DNA of 50,253 nucleotides from Fibrobacteria bacterium. GTDB lineage: Bacteria; Fibrobacterota; Fibrobacteria; UBA11236. The position numbers and the translations under genes are program-made. The notes under the pieces are model-generated. The model had not been told where the DNA came from. It worked only from the letters and a program-made list of their open reading frames with translations, and did not search any database. Shown piece after piece: positions 28,262 through 38,749 of this stretch; within the stretch, counting starts at the first letter, position 1; every line of letters begins with the position of its first letter. The stretch lies in NCBI GenBank assembly GCA_043745805.1, contig JAYTSD010000030.1:1-50253 (forward strand). The letters are read 5' to 3'.

Positions 28262-28801
28262 TTACATAAAATGCAAGGGCAGGAGTTTAGCAATCACAAA
28301 GCTGAGTATGCCCAATAAGGCGCCGGCTGCAATATCGGATAAAAAATGTACGCCAAAAAACACTCTTAACAAACCTAACCCTAAAGGAATGAATAGAGAG
28401 TAATAGAATAATTCGGGAATAAAGGTGGCTAGGCTTAAAGCCACTGCCAAATTATTCATGGTATGTCCCGAAGGAAATGAATATTTATCTAATGGAGGCA
28501 CTTTAGCTTCAATGCCCAAATTCAAATGATGCGGCCGTTTGCGTTTAAAACCAAGCTTAATCGGCCAATACAAAATAAGACTGACGGCAAGCGCCACTAA
28601 ACATTGAATTAAAATGGTCTTAAAATCCGGCCAAGATTTATTCATCCATAACAGAAAAGCAATCAATAACCAAATCCATCCATCGCCTGTCCGCACGATA
28701 AATTGTAGCAAGCGGAAAATGGGTTTAGGTAAATGCACAGCTTGCAGTGCACGCAAACAACGCATATCCCAATGTTGAATTTTTGTAAAAAATTTTTGCA
28801 T
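28262..28801 (-). CDS. PAP2 family membrane phosphatase
   Basis: KLGFKRKRP, SFPSGH, RVFFGVHFLSD. Confidence 0.92.
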   Translation of the reverse strand: MQKFFTKIQHWDMRCLRALQAVHLPKPIFRLLQFIVRTGDGWIWLLIAFLLWMNKSWPDFKTILIQCLVALAVSLILYWPIKLGFKRKRPHHLNLGIEAKVPPLDKYSFPSGHTMNNLAVALSLATFIPELFYYSLFIPLGLGLLRVFFGVHFLSDIAAGALLGILSFVIAKLLPLHFM

Positions 28802-28820
28802 GAAAAGTTAAAGAAAAAAA

Positions 28821-29687
28821 TTATGGGGACTTAGACGATTTTTCGAAAAAGCTTAATGTCTGTGCTAAAATAGTTTTTACCGAAGGATTAAACCCATATT
28901 CATCAATAACAATGGCTTGGGTTTTAAATGGGTTCCATACCACTTCATATTTATAGCGATTTCTTTGGCCATGCGCGTATTTTTCAGTATCCGTCCACAC
29001 CAAATGTGGCGTGCCACAAAGCGATGCCAAATGCATAGGACCGGATGAAGGACCCAAAACTAATTTCGCCGAAGCCATGAGATCAAGCGTTTGCGATAAA
29101 GGAATATCGCGATAATCCATAAAATCAGCGTCCAAGTCTAAGGTCGCGGAACGCAAACCAATGCAAGCTAATTTCAAACCCGCTTGCTTAAACGATCCCA
29201 AAAGTTCTTGCCAATTTTCTTTACTCCAATTGCGATCACCACCAAAATTTCGTCCGCGTGGATGAAAGACAATATCGCATTCCCACTCTTTTTGTTGTTT
29301 GCCATAGCGAATAAATTCTTGTCGCTCCAAGGGCTGAAAACCTAAAGGGGATAAATGGTCGGCACCATCGGGAATCTCCGCTAAAATACTTTCCATTTCT
29401 TCAGGTTTTTCCATTTTGTGTAGGCTATTACATTCTGCCACGCCACGCAATTGATGAAACACAAAATCGTGAGAAAAATCCGCATATAAAGCTTCATTGC
29501 CTTTGCGGCAAGAAATAATGGTTTTGGAATATTGTCGACTCAGCTTGCGCACAAAGCCTTGCCAATGCATCAGCTCCCAGCCGAATTCCCCTACCCAAGG
29601 TCCGGCAAAAAGCGTCTTGCTTTGTTTTCCCCAGCTGCGCAGGAAATTAGGCCGCAACCACCAACTGATATAATCGCGATATAGCAT
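28821..29687 (-). CDS. Glycosyltransferase family 9-like protein
   Basis: VFHP, RNWSKENW, LVLGPSSGPMHLASLCGTP. Confidence 0.7.
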   Translation of the reverse strand: MLYRDYISWWLRPNFLRSWGKQSKTLFAGPWVGEFGWELMHWQGFVRKLSRQYSKTIISCRKGNEALYADFSHDFVFHQLRGVAECNSLHKMEKPEEMESILAEIPDGADHLSPLGFQPLERQEFIRYGKQQKEWECDIVFHPRGRNFGGDRNWSKENWQELLGSFKQAGLKLACIGLRSATLDLDADFMDYRDIPLSQTLDLMASAKLVLGPSSGPMHLASLCGTPHLVWTDTEKYAHGQRNRYKYEVVWNPFKTQAIVIDEYGFNPSVKTILAQTLSFFEKSSKSP

Positions 29688-29791
29688 GGACAGATAAAGT
29701 TAGTTGTTCGTGAAGGAGTGGTAAAGTCATGGCTTTTGTTACTTTTGCATTTCGGGTTAAAGGCTTTAAGCCAAGCAAACAATTTTAGGCA

Positions 29792-30139
29792 ATGGCGGTG
29801 GTGGTGGAACAAATAACCATACAAGAAGCGCAAGACAAAGTGGATAGCTGGATTAAAGAATTTGGTGTGCGTTATTTTTCTGAACTCACCAATACGGCCA
29901 TACTTATGGAAGAAGTGGGCGAAATGGCGCGTATCATGGCGCGCACTTATGGCGATCAGAGTTTTAAAAAAAGTGATTTGGCGAAAGAGCTTCCCGATGA
30001 AATGGCGGATGTCCTTTTCGTTTTGATATGCTTAGCTAATCAAACGGGTATTAATTTAACCGAAGCCTTTGTCCGCAATATGGAAAAGAAAACCCAGCGC
30101 GATGCGGATCGCCACAAAAATAATCCCAAGCTGCAATGA
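29792..30139 (+). CDS. MazG-like nucleotide pyrophosphohydrolase (YpjD-like)
   Basis: LMEEVGEMAR, DEMADVLFVLICLANQTG. Confidence 0.9.
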   Translation: MAVVVEQITIQEAQDKVDSWIKEFGVRYFSELTNTAILMEEVGEMARIMARTYGDQSFKKSDLAKELPDEMADVLFVLICLANQTGINLTEAFVRNMEKKTQRDADRHKNNPKLQ

Positions 30140-30145
30140 GGGCGA

Positions 30146-31240
30146 ATGTCTAGCATTTACGGAAATCTTTTTAAAATCTCCACCTTCGGCGAAAGCCATG
30201 GCAAAGGCGTGGGCGTTGTGGTAGAAGGCTGTCCCGCTGGTTTGGAAATCAGCGAAGCGGAAATTCAAGCTGAACTTAATAAGCGTCGGCCGGGGCAAAA
30301 TAAATTAACTACGCCACGGCAAGAAGCTGATCAAGTGGAAATCCTTTCCGGCATTTTCGAAGGCAAAACCACCGGCACTCCTATCGCCATGTTAGTGCGC
30401 AATGAAGATCAACGCTCGCATGATTATTCCGATATGGAAACTTTATACCGTCCTTCCCATGCGGACTTCACCTATGATGCTAAATATGGTTTTCGGGATT
30501 ATCGCGGCGGTGGACGCTCTTCCGCGCGTGAAACCATAGGGCGCGTCGCCGCAGGCGCGATTGCTAAAAAAATTCTCGCCTTAGCCGGACAAACTGAAAT
30601 CATCGCTTATGTCGCGCAAGTCGGTAACATATACGCTACTCTCGATGCCTCGCAAGTGACCTCGGCCCAAGTGGAAGCCAGCATGATCCGTTGTCCCGAC
30701 ATAGCCGCATCAGCCTTGATGGAAGAAGCCATTGCTGCGGCGAAAAAAAATCGCGACTCTTTAGGCGGAGTCATAGAATTATGGATTAAAAATTGTCCAT
30801 TAGGTTTAGGCGAGCCGGTATTTCATCGCGCCGAAGCCGAATTGGCGCGCGCTTTTTTATCTATTCCTGCTACTAAAGGTTTTGAAGTGGGCAGCGGCTT
30901 TGCAGGCACTCGTTTACGCGGTAGCGAGCATAATGATGCTTTCATAACCAAAGAGGGACGTATCGGCACGGTTACCAATCGTTCCGGCGGAGTACAAGGT
31001 GGCATCACCAATGGCGAACCCATTTTTTGCCGCATCGCTTTTAAACCCACCGCAACCATTTCTTTGCCGCAACAAACCGTCAATAAACAAGGGGAAAGCA
31101 AAACCCTCGAAGCCAAAGGCCGTCACGATCCTTGCGTATTACCTCGTGCCGTCGTGATTATCGAAGCCATGGCCGCTTTGACTTTGGTGGATTTATTCTT
31201 AGAGCAAAGAGCTAGAGCGGGTTTGTTTACCCTACAATAA
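30146..31240 (+). CDS. aroC: Chorismate synthase
   Basis: [45 protein letters not shown]. Confidence 0.98.
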   Translation: MSSIYGNLFKISTFGESHGKGVGVVVEGCPAGLEISEAEIQAELNKRRPGQNKLTTPRQEADQVEILSGIFEGKTTGTPIAMLVRNEDQRSHDYSDMETLYRPSHADFTYDAKYGFRDYRGGGRSSARETIGRVAAGAIAKKILALAGQTEIIAYVAQVGNIYATLDASQVTSAQVEASMIRCPDIAASALMEEAIAAAKKNRDSLGGVIELWIKNCPLGLGEPVFHRAEAELARAFLSIPATKGFEVGSGFAGTRLRGSEHNDAFITKEGRIGTVTNRSGGVQGGITNGEPIFCRIAFKPTATISLPQQTVNKQGESKTLEAKGRHDPCVLPRAVVIIEAMAALTLVDLFLEQRARAGLFTLQ

Positions 31241-32053
31241 TTCTTTACGCCCTAATTTCCATAACAAAAGCTTATCCAACATCGCATTGCTTAAAAACCG
31301 TCTGGCCCGCCGGAATTTTTTCGCTTCATGCCCCACCGCAATACGCACCGGCGCTTTGGGATTTTCCAAAGTTTCCCGTATCACCTGCGCTACTCCAGCG
31401 CCATCAATTATGCGAGTGTCACTATCGCGCGTAAAGTCCAAAAAGGGTTTTAATCTTTCGCCATAGGGTGTGTGTACATCGCTAATAGGCTTTAGGCGAT
31501 TATGGAATTCGCTGCGCACCCATCCGGGTTCCAAAATATGCACGCGCACCTTATAGGGCGCTAATTCATAACGTAATGACATAGAAAAACTGGTGAGCGC
31601 TGATTTGCTGGCGCAATATTCTGCTTTAAAAGGAAATTGCAAATCGTGTACGATAGAGCCGAGTTGAATAATGATGCCAGTTTTTCTTTCACGCATGGAA
31701 GGAATAATTTTTTTAACCAGAGCCACCACAGAGAAATAATTCACTTCAAATAATTCTCGTGCAAATACTAAAGAGGTATCTTCCACAGCACCCAATTCAC
31801 CCATGCCGGCATTATTAATGAGCACATCGATTGCGCCTAATTTTTGTATGGCTTCCGCATACCCTTTATCGATTGAAGCTGGATTATGCATATCCATTTC
31901 AATTAAAGGGAAAGGTAAATTAGGCCCCAATTTGATTTGTGTCGCTGCTAAATTGCGCGTTGTTCCGAGTACTTGATAGCCATTTTGAGCCAATAATTTA
32001 GCGGTCGCCAGACCTATTCCCGAGCTTGCGCCCGTGATTAAAACGCGCTTCAT
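31232..32053 (-). CDS. SDR family oxidoreductase
   Basis: [21 protein letters not shown] overlap with the upstream TPR gene. Confidence 0.92.
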   Translation of the reverse strand: MKRVLITGASSGIGLATAKLLAQNGYQVLGTTRNLAATQIKLGPNLPFPLIEMDMHNPASIDKGYAEAIQKLGAIDVLINNAGMGELGAVEDTSLVFARELFEVNYFSVVALVKKIIPSMRERKTGIIIQLGSIVHDLQFPFKAEYCASKSALTSFSMSLRYELAPYKVRVHILEPGWVRSEFHNRLKPISDVHTPYGERLKPFLDFTRDSDTRIIDGAGVAQVIRETLENPKAPVRIAVGHEAKKFRRARRFLSNAMLDKLLLWKLGRKELL

Positions 32054-33849
32054 TTCCAAAAATCAGCGTCGAGAAAATGCACCATATCGCAAAGACGATG
32101 GTTTTCTGGCAAAGCTTCGCGACGCATACGTACCATACGTACTTGGGTTTCCTTATTGGAAAATTGCGCCATGAATTCAAAAGTATCGTCAGTTTCCCAT
32201 ACCGCACCTTGAAAGCTACGGTAACCTGTGCAATTTGCTTCGCCCGTACCTTTACCTTCACCAGAAATTTTTGCTTTAAGGCGTATCATATGTCCGAATA
32301 CATCACCCGAATGGCCGGTGCTATCTGTTACGAAAACGCGCACTCCCCAAAGTCTATTTTCTCTAAAGCCTAATAAGTATTCATGTTTTACACCTTCATA
32401 CTCAAATACATCCAGCAAATTCCCATTTGGTAATTGTCTAAATTTTTTACGAGGATAAGCGCGCATCACCTCTTCGCGCGGGCTACCCCAAGCCGCAGTA
32501 TAAGTTCCAAGTAAAGCTAAATCCGGCAATTGATATTGTTCTTCATCCTTATTTTGTTGCGCGGATTTAATCTCTTTAATTTTTAAAGAATCTTGCTGCA
32601 CAACCTGTTCCACTTTTTCACCTAATGATTTTGCTTCATGTAACCAATCGGCCATGATAACTTGTCTTAACTCTTTAAGGCCTTCTATGGTACTATCGTA
32701 TTTATAACCTGAATCCAAACTTTCATGCGCAATACCGAGTAAGCCACGTCGCGCATAAGCCTGCCCTAAAGCCATCCACAAGGTGGCCTGACGAGGATAT
32801 TTATGCGCCAAAGGTTCCAAAACGGAAATCGCAAATAAAGCTTCTTCTTTGCTTGATACCATTTTACTTTGCTTATGTAAGCGTGTAGATGCTTTTAATC
32901 CTAAAGTGCGTTTAGCGACTTGTACATTAGTGTCCTCCGGATTTTTGCGTAAAAGAAGATTATAGATCTTACGCGCGCCTAATAAATTTCCTTCGCCTTC
33001 AAGTAATAAAGCCTTTACCAATTGTAGTCGCGCCGTTTTGATTTCTTTACCTTCAGAAAAAATGATTACTGCTTCGGCACTATCCTCTTGGCCTTCTGCA
33101 TAAAAAGCATAGGCAAGTTCATCATACGGCACTTTAGGAAAAAATACTCCAGATCCATCTCTTTCATCGGCACTGGCTTTCGGTTCATTTTCAATCAAGC
33201 TTATCGCCTTGCGAAAATGCCGCTTGGCTAAAGTAAATTCTTCGCGCTGAATGTCTAATTTTCCTAAAGCGATTTGTGGGAAAACAAATTGCGGCGCTCT
33301 TAATAGAGCTGCTTCATAATTTCTTCGTGCCTTTTCCCCATTCCCACGCGCGTCTTGATAAACCCCAAGCGCATACCATAGCCATGGATAATTGGGATCT
33401 TCAGCCATGGCTTTTTGTGACCATACAAAAACTTGTGAGGTATCTTGCAAGTTACTAGGAAATCTTTTGATCAAAGTGAAAATAGCTTGCACATATACCG
33501 GCATGCAGCGCTTATTAGATTCGGAAATTTCCTTCCAAATTTTTAAAGCTTCATCCGTTCGACCCGCGTCTCTGGCGGTAAGAGCTTGATAATATTTTTC
33601 TTTAAAGGGGGATTTTAATTTGTCGATAAAAACGGAATCGCTCAATTCTCGACCCATGGGTATTTCCACTTTGCCGGCCAATCCAAAAGGCACTTCGTAT
33701 AGCACTAGGGATTTCGGCTTTAAATGGAATAACGCAAATAAAGCGATCAGGCTCAAGCATAAAGTAACGAAGCCGTATAAAGCATAGCTCTTCTTTTTGG
33801 TTAATTTTATCTTGAACTTAATACTCTTCCTCAACTTCGAATAATTCAA
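32050..33849 (-). CDS. Membrane-anchored TPR-repeat protein with uncharacterised C-terminal domain
   Basis: One TM segment, TPR-like helices (WYALGVY..G..EKARRNYEAAL; WMALGQAY); start uncertain (TTG). Confidence 0.7.
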   Translation of the reverse strand: MNYSKLRKSIKFKIKLTKKKSYALYGFVTLCLSLIALFALFHLKPKSLVLYEVPFGLAGKVEIPMGRELSDSVFIDKLKSPFKEKYYQALTARDAGRTDEALKIWKEISESNKRCMPVYVQAIFTLIKRFPSNLQDTSQVFVWSQKAMAEDPNYPWLWYALGVYQDARGNGEKARRNYEAALLRAPQFVFPQIALGKLDIQREEFTLAKRHFRKAISLIENEPKASADERDGSGVFFPKVPYDELAYAFYAEGQEDSAEAVIIFSEGKEIKTARLQLVKALLLEGEGNLLGARKIYNLLLRKNPEDTNVQVAKRTLGLKASTRLHKQSKMVSSKEEALFAISVLEPLAHKYPRQATLWMALGQAYARRGLLGIAHESLDSGYKYDSTIEGLKELRQVIMADWLHEAKSLGEKVEQVVQQDSLKIKEIKSAQQNKDEEQYQLPDLALLGTYTAAWGSPREEVMRAYPRKKFRQLPNGNLLDVFEYEGVKHEYLLGFRENRLWGVRVFVTDSTGHSGDVFGHMIRLKAKISGEGKGTGEANCTGYRSFQGAVWETDDTFEFMAQFSNKETQVRMVRMRREALPENHRLCDMVHFLDADFWK

Positions 33850-33986
33850 TTATAACATGGAATAAACTGAAAATTCTATTTCTGATTGCAGTGGAGCAAA
33901 AATTTAGGAACTATATTGTGGCAGATTAAAAACAAAGAAGTACAAAAGTGAACAGAAAAGGTTAAAACCCGCTTTCGAAGGCTTTA

Positions 33987-34817
33987 TTAATCTTCCTCAA
34001 CAAAGGGCAAAAGCTTGTCTTTGCTTTCTTTGGAGCGCAATAGTTTTCTCAAAGATTTATTTTTGATTTGCCTCACGCGTTCGCGAGTGAGCTTTAGCTC
34101 TTTACCAATTTCATCCAAAGTAAATTCGCGTGAATAGTTGATGCCGTAATACATACGCAAAACTTTTTCTTCACGTTCCGACATTTGGCCCAGCACGGAA
34201 TCAATAACCCTAGAAAGCTCGGCTTTCTCATTATCCGTATGTTGGCTGCCTTCATTCCCTAATACATCGAGCAAAGTGGTTACAGCATCGCGAGCATCGG
34301 AGTCTGCACCAATAGGCGCATTCAAGGAAACGTCAGCGATTTTTTCCATGATTTCAGCAATTTCTTGTTCGCTGTCGGCAAACTCTTCTTGCGAAATAGT
34401 TTTTTCATAATCGCCGCCATTATGAATTAAAGCTTTTTTAAAACGATTGACTAAGGCTAATTTATTAGGAGGCACACGCACGGCGCCCACTTGTTCAAAA
34501 AGCGCTTTTTGAATGCTTTGACGTATCCACCACACCGCATAGGAAATGAATTTTACTTCGCGAGCCGGATCATAGCGTTTGGCCGCTTTATACAATCCTA
34601 AATTGCCTTCATTGATTAGCTCTAATAACGATAACCCTTTGCCTTGATAACGGCGAGCAATTGAAACTACAAAGCGTAGATTTCCCAAAATAAGCTTATG
34701 CATAGACTTGGCATCGCCATTTTTGGTACGCACCACCAAATCCTTTTCCTGTTCTGGCGTAAGCACAGAATGCCGGTAAAGGTCTCTAAAATACAGTTGT
34801 TCGTTTTGATCCGCCAA
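33987..34817 (-). CDS. RNA polymerase sigma-70 factor, RpoD-like, without region 1.1
   Basis: NLRFVVSIARRY, LINEGNLGL, KFISYAVWWIRQSI, TLDEIG...LTRERVRQI; TTG start. Confidence 0.93.
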   Translation of the reverse strand: MADQNEQLYFRDLYRHSVLTPEQEKDLVVRTKNGDAKSMHKLILGNLRFVVSIARRYQGKGLSLLELINEGNLGLYKAAKRYDPAREVKFISYAVWWIRQSIQKALFEQVGAVRVPPNKLALVNRFKKALIHNGGDYEKTISQEEFADSEQEIAEIMEKIADVSLNAPIGADSDARDAVTTLLDVLGNEGSQHTDNEKAELSRVIDSVLGQMSEREEKVLRMYYGINYSREFTLDEIGKELKLTRERVRQIKNKSLRKLLRSKESKDKLLPFVEED

Positions 34818-34982
34818 AAATGATTACCCTTGTCAAATTATCCGACGAAGTTTCTAAGAATACAAGGTTAATCATCCCAAGAGGAAGAATCAAGGCCTCA
34901 ATATCCAAAGATTAACCCAAAGATTATTTTCTTGTTAAATCGTGTACTAGAATATCAGAAAAGATTTGGAATTCTAAGTGTT

Positions 34983-35282
34983 TTAGGGAACTATTTTTTT
35001 TAAAAAATCATAACTAAAAATTCCGGTGGCATGCCCATCGCTCCAGTGAATGCCCATAGCATATCGACCTACCGAAAATAAACGTGTAGGTTTTATATCT
35101 GCAGGAATTTTCGCCTCATCCAAAATTTTTTCACCAGACCACTCATTAACACAAACCGCACAAGGACAAGCGCTACGCAAAGAACGCAGAGAAAACTCCG
35201 TTTGTGTCGCATCATTCCAACGAATCAATAAAACATTGTCTGCTTTTTTAAATATTCCTATCGGAGCTACAACTTTAAGCAT
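34983..35282 (-). CDS. DUF971 (gamma-butyrobetaine hydroxylase-like N-terminal) protein
   Basis: LRSACPCAVC, VGRYAMGIHWSDGHATGIFSYDFL; ATG 35282 overlaps the mrp stop. Confidence 0.9.
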   Translation of the reverse strand: MLKVVAPIGIFKKADNVLLIRWNDATQTEFSLRSLRSACPCAVCVNEWSGEKILDEAKIPADIKPTRLFSVGRYAMGIHWSDGHATGIFSYDFLKKIVP

Positions 35283-36405
35283 TTTGGCCTTTATATTCAG
35301 GTAATGACTCCCAGTTAAAATCAAATTCGGCTAAAATATCGCCCTGGGTAGCGCCCATAATAGCAAGCTCTGAGGCAATGGCCCCAGCGATTTGCTTATA
35401 CATACGACTAGATTCACAATTAGGATTTTTTTCCACAATTGGCGTACCCATATCGCCACCCTCACTCACTTCGGGTTCAATAGGAATTTCTCCCAAGAAT
35501 GGAAGCCCCAAGCTTTGCGCTATGCGTTGGCCGCCACCTTGACGGAATATATAATGTTTTTTGGAACAATTATCACAAATAAAATAACTCATATTTTCGA
35601 TCACGCCTAAAACCGGTACCGAAACTTTTTGAAACATTTTCAAACCCTTTTTCGCATCCAATACACTAACTTCTTGTGGCGTGGTAATAATCACGCCACC
35701 CGATATTGGTGCGGTTTGCGTTAAGGTTAATTGTACATCTCCTGTGCCTGGTGGCATATCAATGAGCAAATAATCCAACTCACCCCAAACCACATTATGC
35801 ACAAAGTTTTGAATCATTTGCGAGACCATAGGTCCACGCCAAATCACTGGTTTTTCATCATCCGCAAACATGGCCATAGAAACAATTTTGATTCCATTCA
35901 CCACTACGGGATGCAATTTTTGTTTGTCATCGAGCACAGGTGCTTCACGCACTTTAAACATGATGCTCATGGAGGGCCCATAAATGTCGGCATCTAATAT
36001 GCCCACTTTCGCTCCGGTTTGCGCTAAGGCTACCGCCAAGTTCGCCGTGGTCGTAGATTTGCCTACGCCTCCTTTACCAGAAGCCACCGCAATAATATGC
36101 CGTACATCTTTTAAGAGTTCGGTTTTACGTCCCAAGGCCGTGGCCTTAGTTTGCGCCGTCATATTCGCACTCACCGAGGTTACCCCTGGAATAGCATTCA
36201 CTAATTCTACACATTGTCTTTGTAAATCTTCTTTTACCGGGCAAGCGGGTGTGGTAAGCTCCACATCAAATTTTATCACGCCACCTTTAATGACGAGATT
36301 TTTTACAAAATTTAATTCTACAATGTTTTTATGTAAGTCCGGATCTTGCACATTTTGTAATGCTTGCAAAACCTGTTCTGGAGTAATCTCAGCCATAATT
36401 TCCAT
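35275..36405 (-). CDS. apbC: Mrp/NBP35/ApbC Fe-S cluster carrier ATPase with N-terminal DUF59 domain
   Basis: VQDPDL..LTTPACP (DUF59), SGKGGVGKST, DADIYGPS, WRGPM, DMPPGTGD, ENMS..CDNC. Confidence 0.93.
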   Translation of the reverse strand: MEIMAEITPEQVLQALQNVQDPDLHKNIVELNFVKNLVIKGGVIKFDVELTTPACPVKEDLQRQCVELVNAIPGVTSVSANMTAQTKATALGRKTELLKDVRHIIAVASGKGGVGKSTTTANLAVALAQTGAKVGILDADIYGPSMSIMFKVREAPVLDDKQKLHPVVVNGIKIVSMAMFADDEKPVIWRGPMVSQMIQNFVHNVVWGELDYLLIDMPPGTGDVQLTLTQTAPISGGVIITTPQEVSVLDAKKGLKMFQKVSVPVLGVIENMSYFICDNCSKKHYIFRQGGGQRIAQSLGLPFLGEIPIEPEVSEGGDMGTPIVEKNPNCESSRMYKQIAGAIASELAIMGATQGDILAEFDFNWESLPEYKGQNA

Positions 36406-36620
36406 ACTTCAAAGCTTTGAAATATAGCCATTCCAAGTGTTATCGTCTTAAACACTTTTGATACAATTTTTACCCAACATTTAAGCTGCATTTAATGATA
36501 CAGTATTAGCGTGAAAAAAAGATGCCAATTCAAGTTCGCAGTTTTAACTTTTTCGCTTGCAAAAAAAAACGAGTTGCAACGACTCGAGTTATTTTTAGGA
36601 AGAAATAGTAAGGGGATAGC

Positions 36621-37916
36621 ATGAGTCATGATCGCAAAGTAGCTGTAGTCGGTTTAGGTTATGTAGGTTTACCGATTGTAGTAGCCTTCGGCAAAACTCA
36701 AAAAGTAACCGGCTTCGACATTAACACCACCCGCGTTGCGGAATTAAATAGTGGCCTAGATCGCAATCGCGATATCTCCAAAGAAGATTTAAGCACCGGT
36801 CAAGCGCTTTACACCGATGATCCCGCCAAATTAAGCGAAGCCAATTTTATTATTGTAGCCGTTCCCACGCCGGTTAATGATGCGAATCGCCCCGATCTTA
36901 CTCCCTTGCTTAAAGCCTCGTATACCGTAGGCAAAGCCTTGCGCAAAGGCACTATTGTGGTTTTTGAAAGCACAGTTTACCCTGGAGCCACGGAAGAAGA
37001 TTGCGTGCCGGTTTTAGAAAAAGCTTCGGGTTTAATTTGTGGAAAAGATTTTACCGTAGGCTATTCGCCCGAACGCATTAATCCAGGCGATCATGAACAT
37101 ACTTTCACCAAGATTATGAAAGTCGTTTCCGGACAAGATGCCGCTACCTTAGATATTGTGGCCGACGTCTATTCTTCCGTAGTTAAAGCCGGCGTGTATA
37201 AAGCGGCCAGCATCAAGGTTGCAGAAGCCGCAAAGGTTATTGAAAATACCCAACGTGATGTAAATATTGCATTGATCAATGAACTCTCAGTTATTTTTCA
37301 TCGTATCGGCATTGATACCATGGACGTATTAGCCGCGGCGCGTACCAAATGGAATTTCTTGCCTTTTTCTCCCGGATTAGTAGGCGGACATTGCATTGGC
37401 GTGGATCCTTATTATCTCACCCATAAAGCCGAGCAATTAGGATATATTCCGCAAGTTATTTTGTCCGGTCGCCGCATCAATGATGGTATGGGAGCTTTTG
37501 TCGCCGAACAAATTGTGAAGCTCTTATTAAAAAAAGGCAAGGTCAATTTTAATTCCGGCGCACCCGTAGTGACCATACTCGGCTTAACTTTTAAAGAAAA
37601 TGTGCCCGATTTGCGTAATACCAAAGTAACCGATATTATCACCGAATTAAAAAAATATGGTTTGGAAATACAAGTAACGGATCCGGTATGTTACCCTGAT
37701 GAAGCCCAACATGAATATGGCTTAACTATTGTTCCCGAAAAGGATTTAAAGCCTGCCGATGCCGTTATTTTAGCGGTGGCACATGACGCGTATAAAGAAA
37801 AAGGCTGGGGTTTTATGCAAATGCTTTTAACCAATGGCACGGGTGTAGTGGCAGATATTAAAAATCTCTTGCCGCGCGAACAATTGCCTGCGGGCATTGA
37901 GTTGTGGAGACTATAA
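36621..37916 (+). CDS. Nucleotide sugar dehydrogenase (UDP-GlcNAc/GalNAc 6-dehydrogenase, TviB/WbpO-like)
   Basis: GLGYVGLP, ESTVYPG, YSPERINPG, GLVGGHCIGVDPYY, TFKENVPDLRN. Confidence 0.92.
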   Translation: MSHDRKVAVVGLGYVGLPIVVAFGKTQKVTGFDINTTRVAELNSGLDRNRDISKEDLSTGQALYTDDPAKLSEANFIIVAVPTPVNDANRPDLTPLLKASYTVGKALRKGTIVVFESTVYPGATEEDCVPVLEKASGLICGKDFTVGYSPERINPGDHEHTFTKIMKVVSGQDAATLDIVADVYSSVVKAGVYKAASIKVAEAAKVIENTQRDVNIALINELSVIFHRIGIDTMDVLAAARTKWNFLPFSPGLVGGHCIGVDPYYLTHKAEQLGYIPQVILSGRRINDGMGAFVAEQIVKLLLKKGKVNFNSGAPVVTILGLTFKENVPDLRNTKVTDIITELKKYGLEIQVTDPVCYPDEAQHEYGLTIVPEKDLKPADAVILAVAHDAYKEKGWGFMQMLLTNGTGVVADIKNLLPREQLPAGIELWRL

Positions 37917-37919
37917 GCA

Positions 37920-38360
37920 TTAAATAGCAAGTATTCGCAGGCGCTTATTCTTTTTAGCATAAGCTTGTATGCGATTATCGGCGGTTACCAATAAAGCGTC
38001 TATCACTATCGCAGTTGCGACTAACATTCTATCTGCAGGATCGGGATGAAAACCATCTCCCAATTCAGTAGACAAAATCGCACTCTCTGGATTAAGCGGA
38101 AGCAATTCTAATCCCGGTGCTTGCAAAGCTTTTTGTATCCAAAGCCTAGGGCCTTCTTGAAACTCCAAACGATTTTTGGAAGCAAGCATGGCCACTTCCC
38201 AAACCGATATAATGGATATGCGTAACAAATTAAGTTTTTGATAACGTTGCAAAGCCTGAACGGCGGAGGAACCTAAAGCAGAAGCTTTCCCTTCCATCGC
38301 CCAAATCCAAACATGTGTGTCTAATAATAAAGGCTGTTCAATTCCTTGCCAGTCAGCCAT
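37920..38360 (-). CDS. vapC: PIN-domain VapC toxin
   Basis: LLDTHVWIW, ISVWEV, HPDPADRMLVATA, LVTAD. Confidence 0.9.
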   Translation of the reverse strand: MADWQGIEQPLLLDTHVWIWAMEGKASALGSSAVQALQRYQKLNLLRISIISVWEVAMLASKNRLEFQEGPRLWIQKALQAPGLELLPLNPESAILSTELGDGFHPDPADRMLVATAIVIDALLVTADNRIQAYAKKNKRLRILAI

Positions 38361-38586
38361 TGGCTTCCCATTCTGATTCTAAAGCATGAATAATGTCGCC
38401 CTTAATTTTAACACTGCCTTTCATCCATCCCATAAAGGATCGCGATGATTTTTTGAACTCCTCCATCGGAACTAATCTGGCAATCGCTTTTCCGCGTTTG
38501 GTGATAATCACCTCGCCACCTTTTTCCGCCACATCATCCATTAATTGCAAACATTTAGCTTTGAATTCACCCGCCTTGATTTCCAT
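38353..38586 (-). CDS. Phd/YefM family antitoxin
   Basis: AGEFKAKCLQLMDDV....EVIITKRGKAIARLVP; overlaps vapC. Confidence 0.92.
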   Translation of the reverse strand: MEIKAGEFKAKCLQLMDDVAEKGGEVIITKRGKAIARLVPMEEFKKSSRSFMGWMKGSVKIKGDIIHALESEWEANG

Positions 38587-38597
38587 AAATCCCTTTC

Positions 38598-38625
38598 ATG
38601 ACCATGATAATATAACCATAGTCAT
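38598..38625. promoter_or_regulatory. Putative TA autoregulatory operator
   Basis: ATGACCATG-N10-CATAGTCAT inverted repeat (1 mismatch) just upstream of the antitoxin start. Confidence 0.6.
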
Positions 38626-38749
38626 ATACCTATTGTCACTTAAATATTTGGATTTAAAAAGACGGGTTAGGGCTTGCCTTAAGTTTTTTAGAATTTTATG
38701 CTTTAATGCTTAAATTAAATTTTTTTATGTCCAACTTCCCTCTTTTAGA

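Noticed and set aside
29792-30139. MazG-like gene as an anti-phage component
   Set aside because: Housekeeping YpjD-like type next to aroC, with no defence genes nearby
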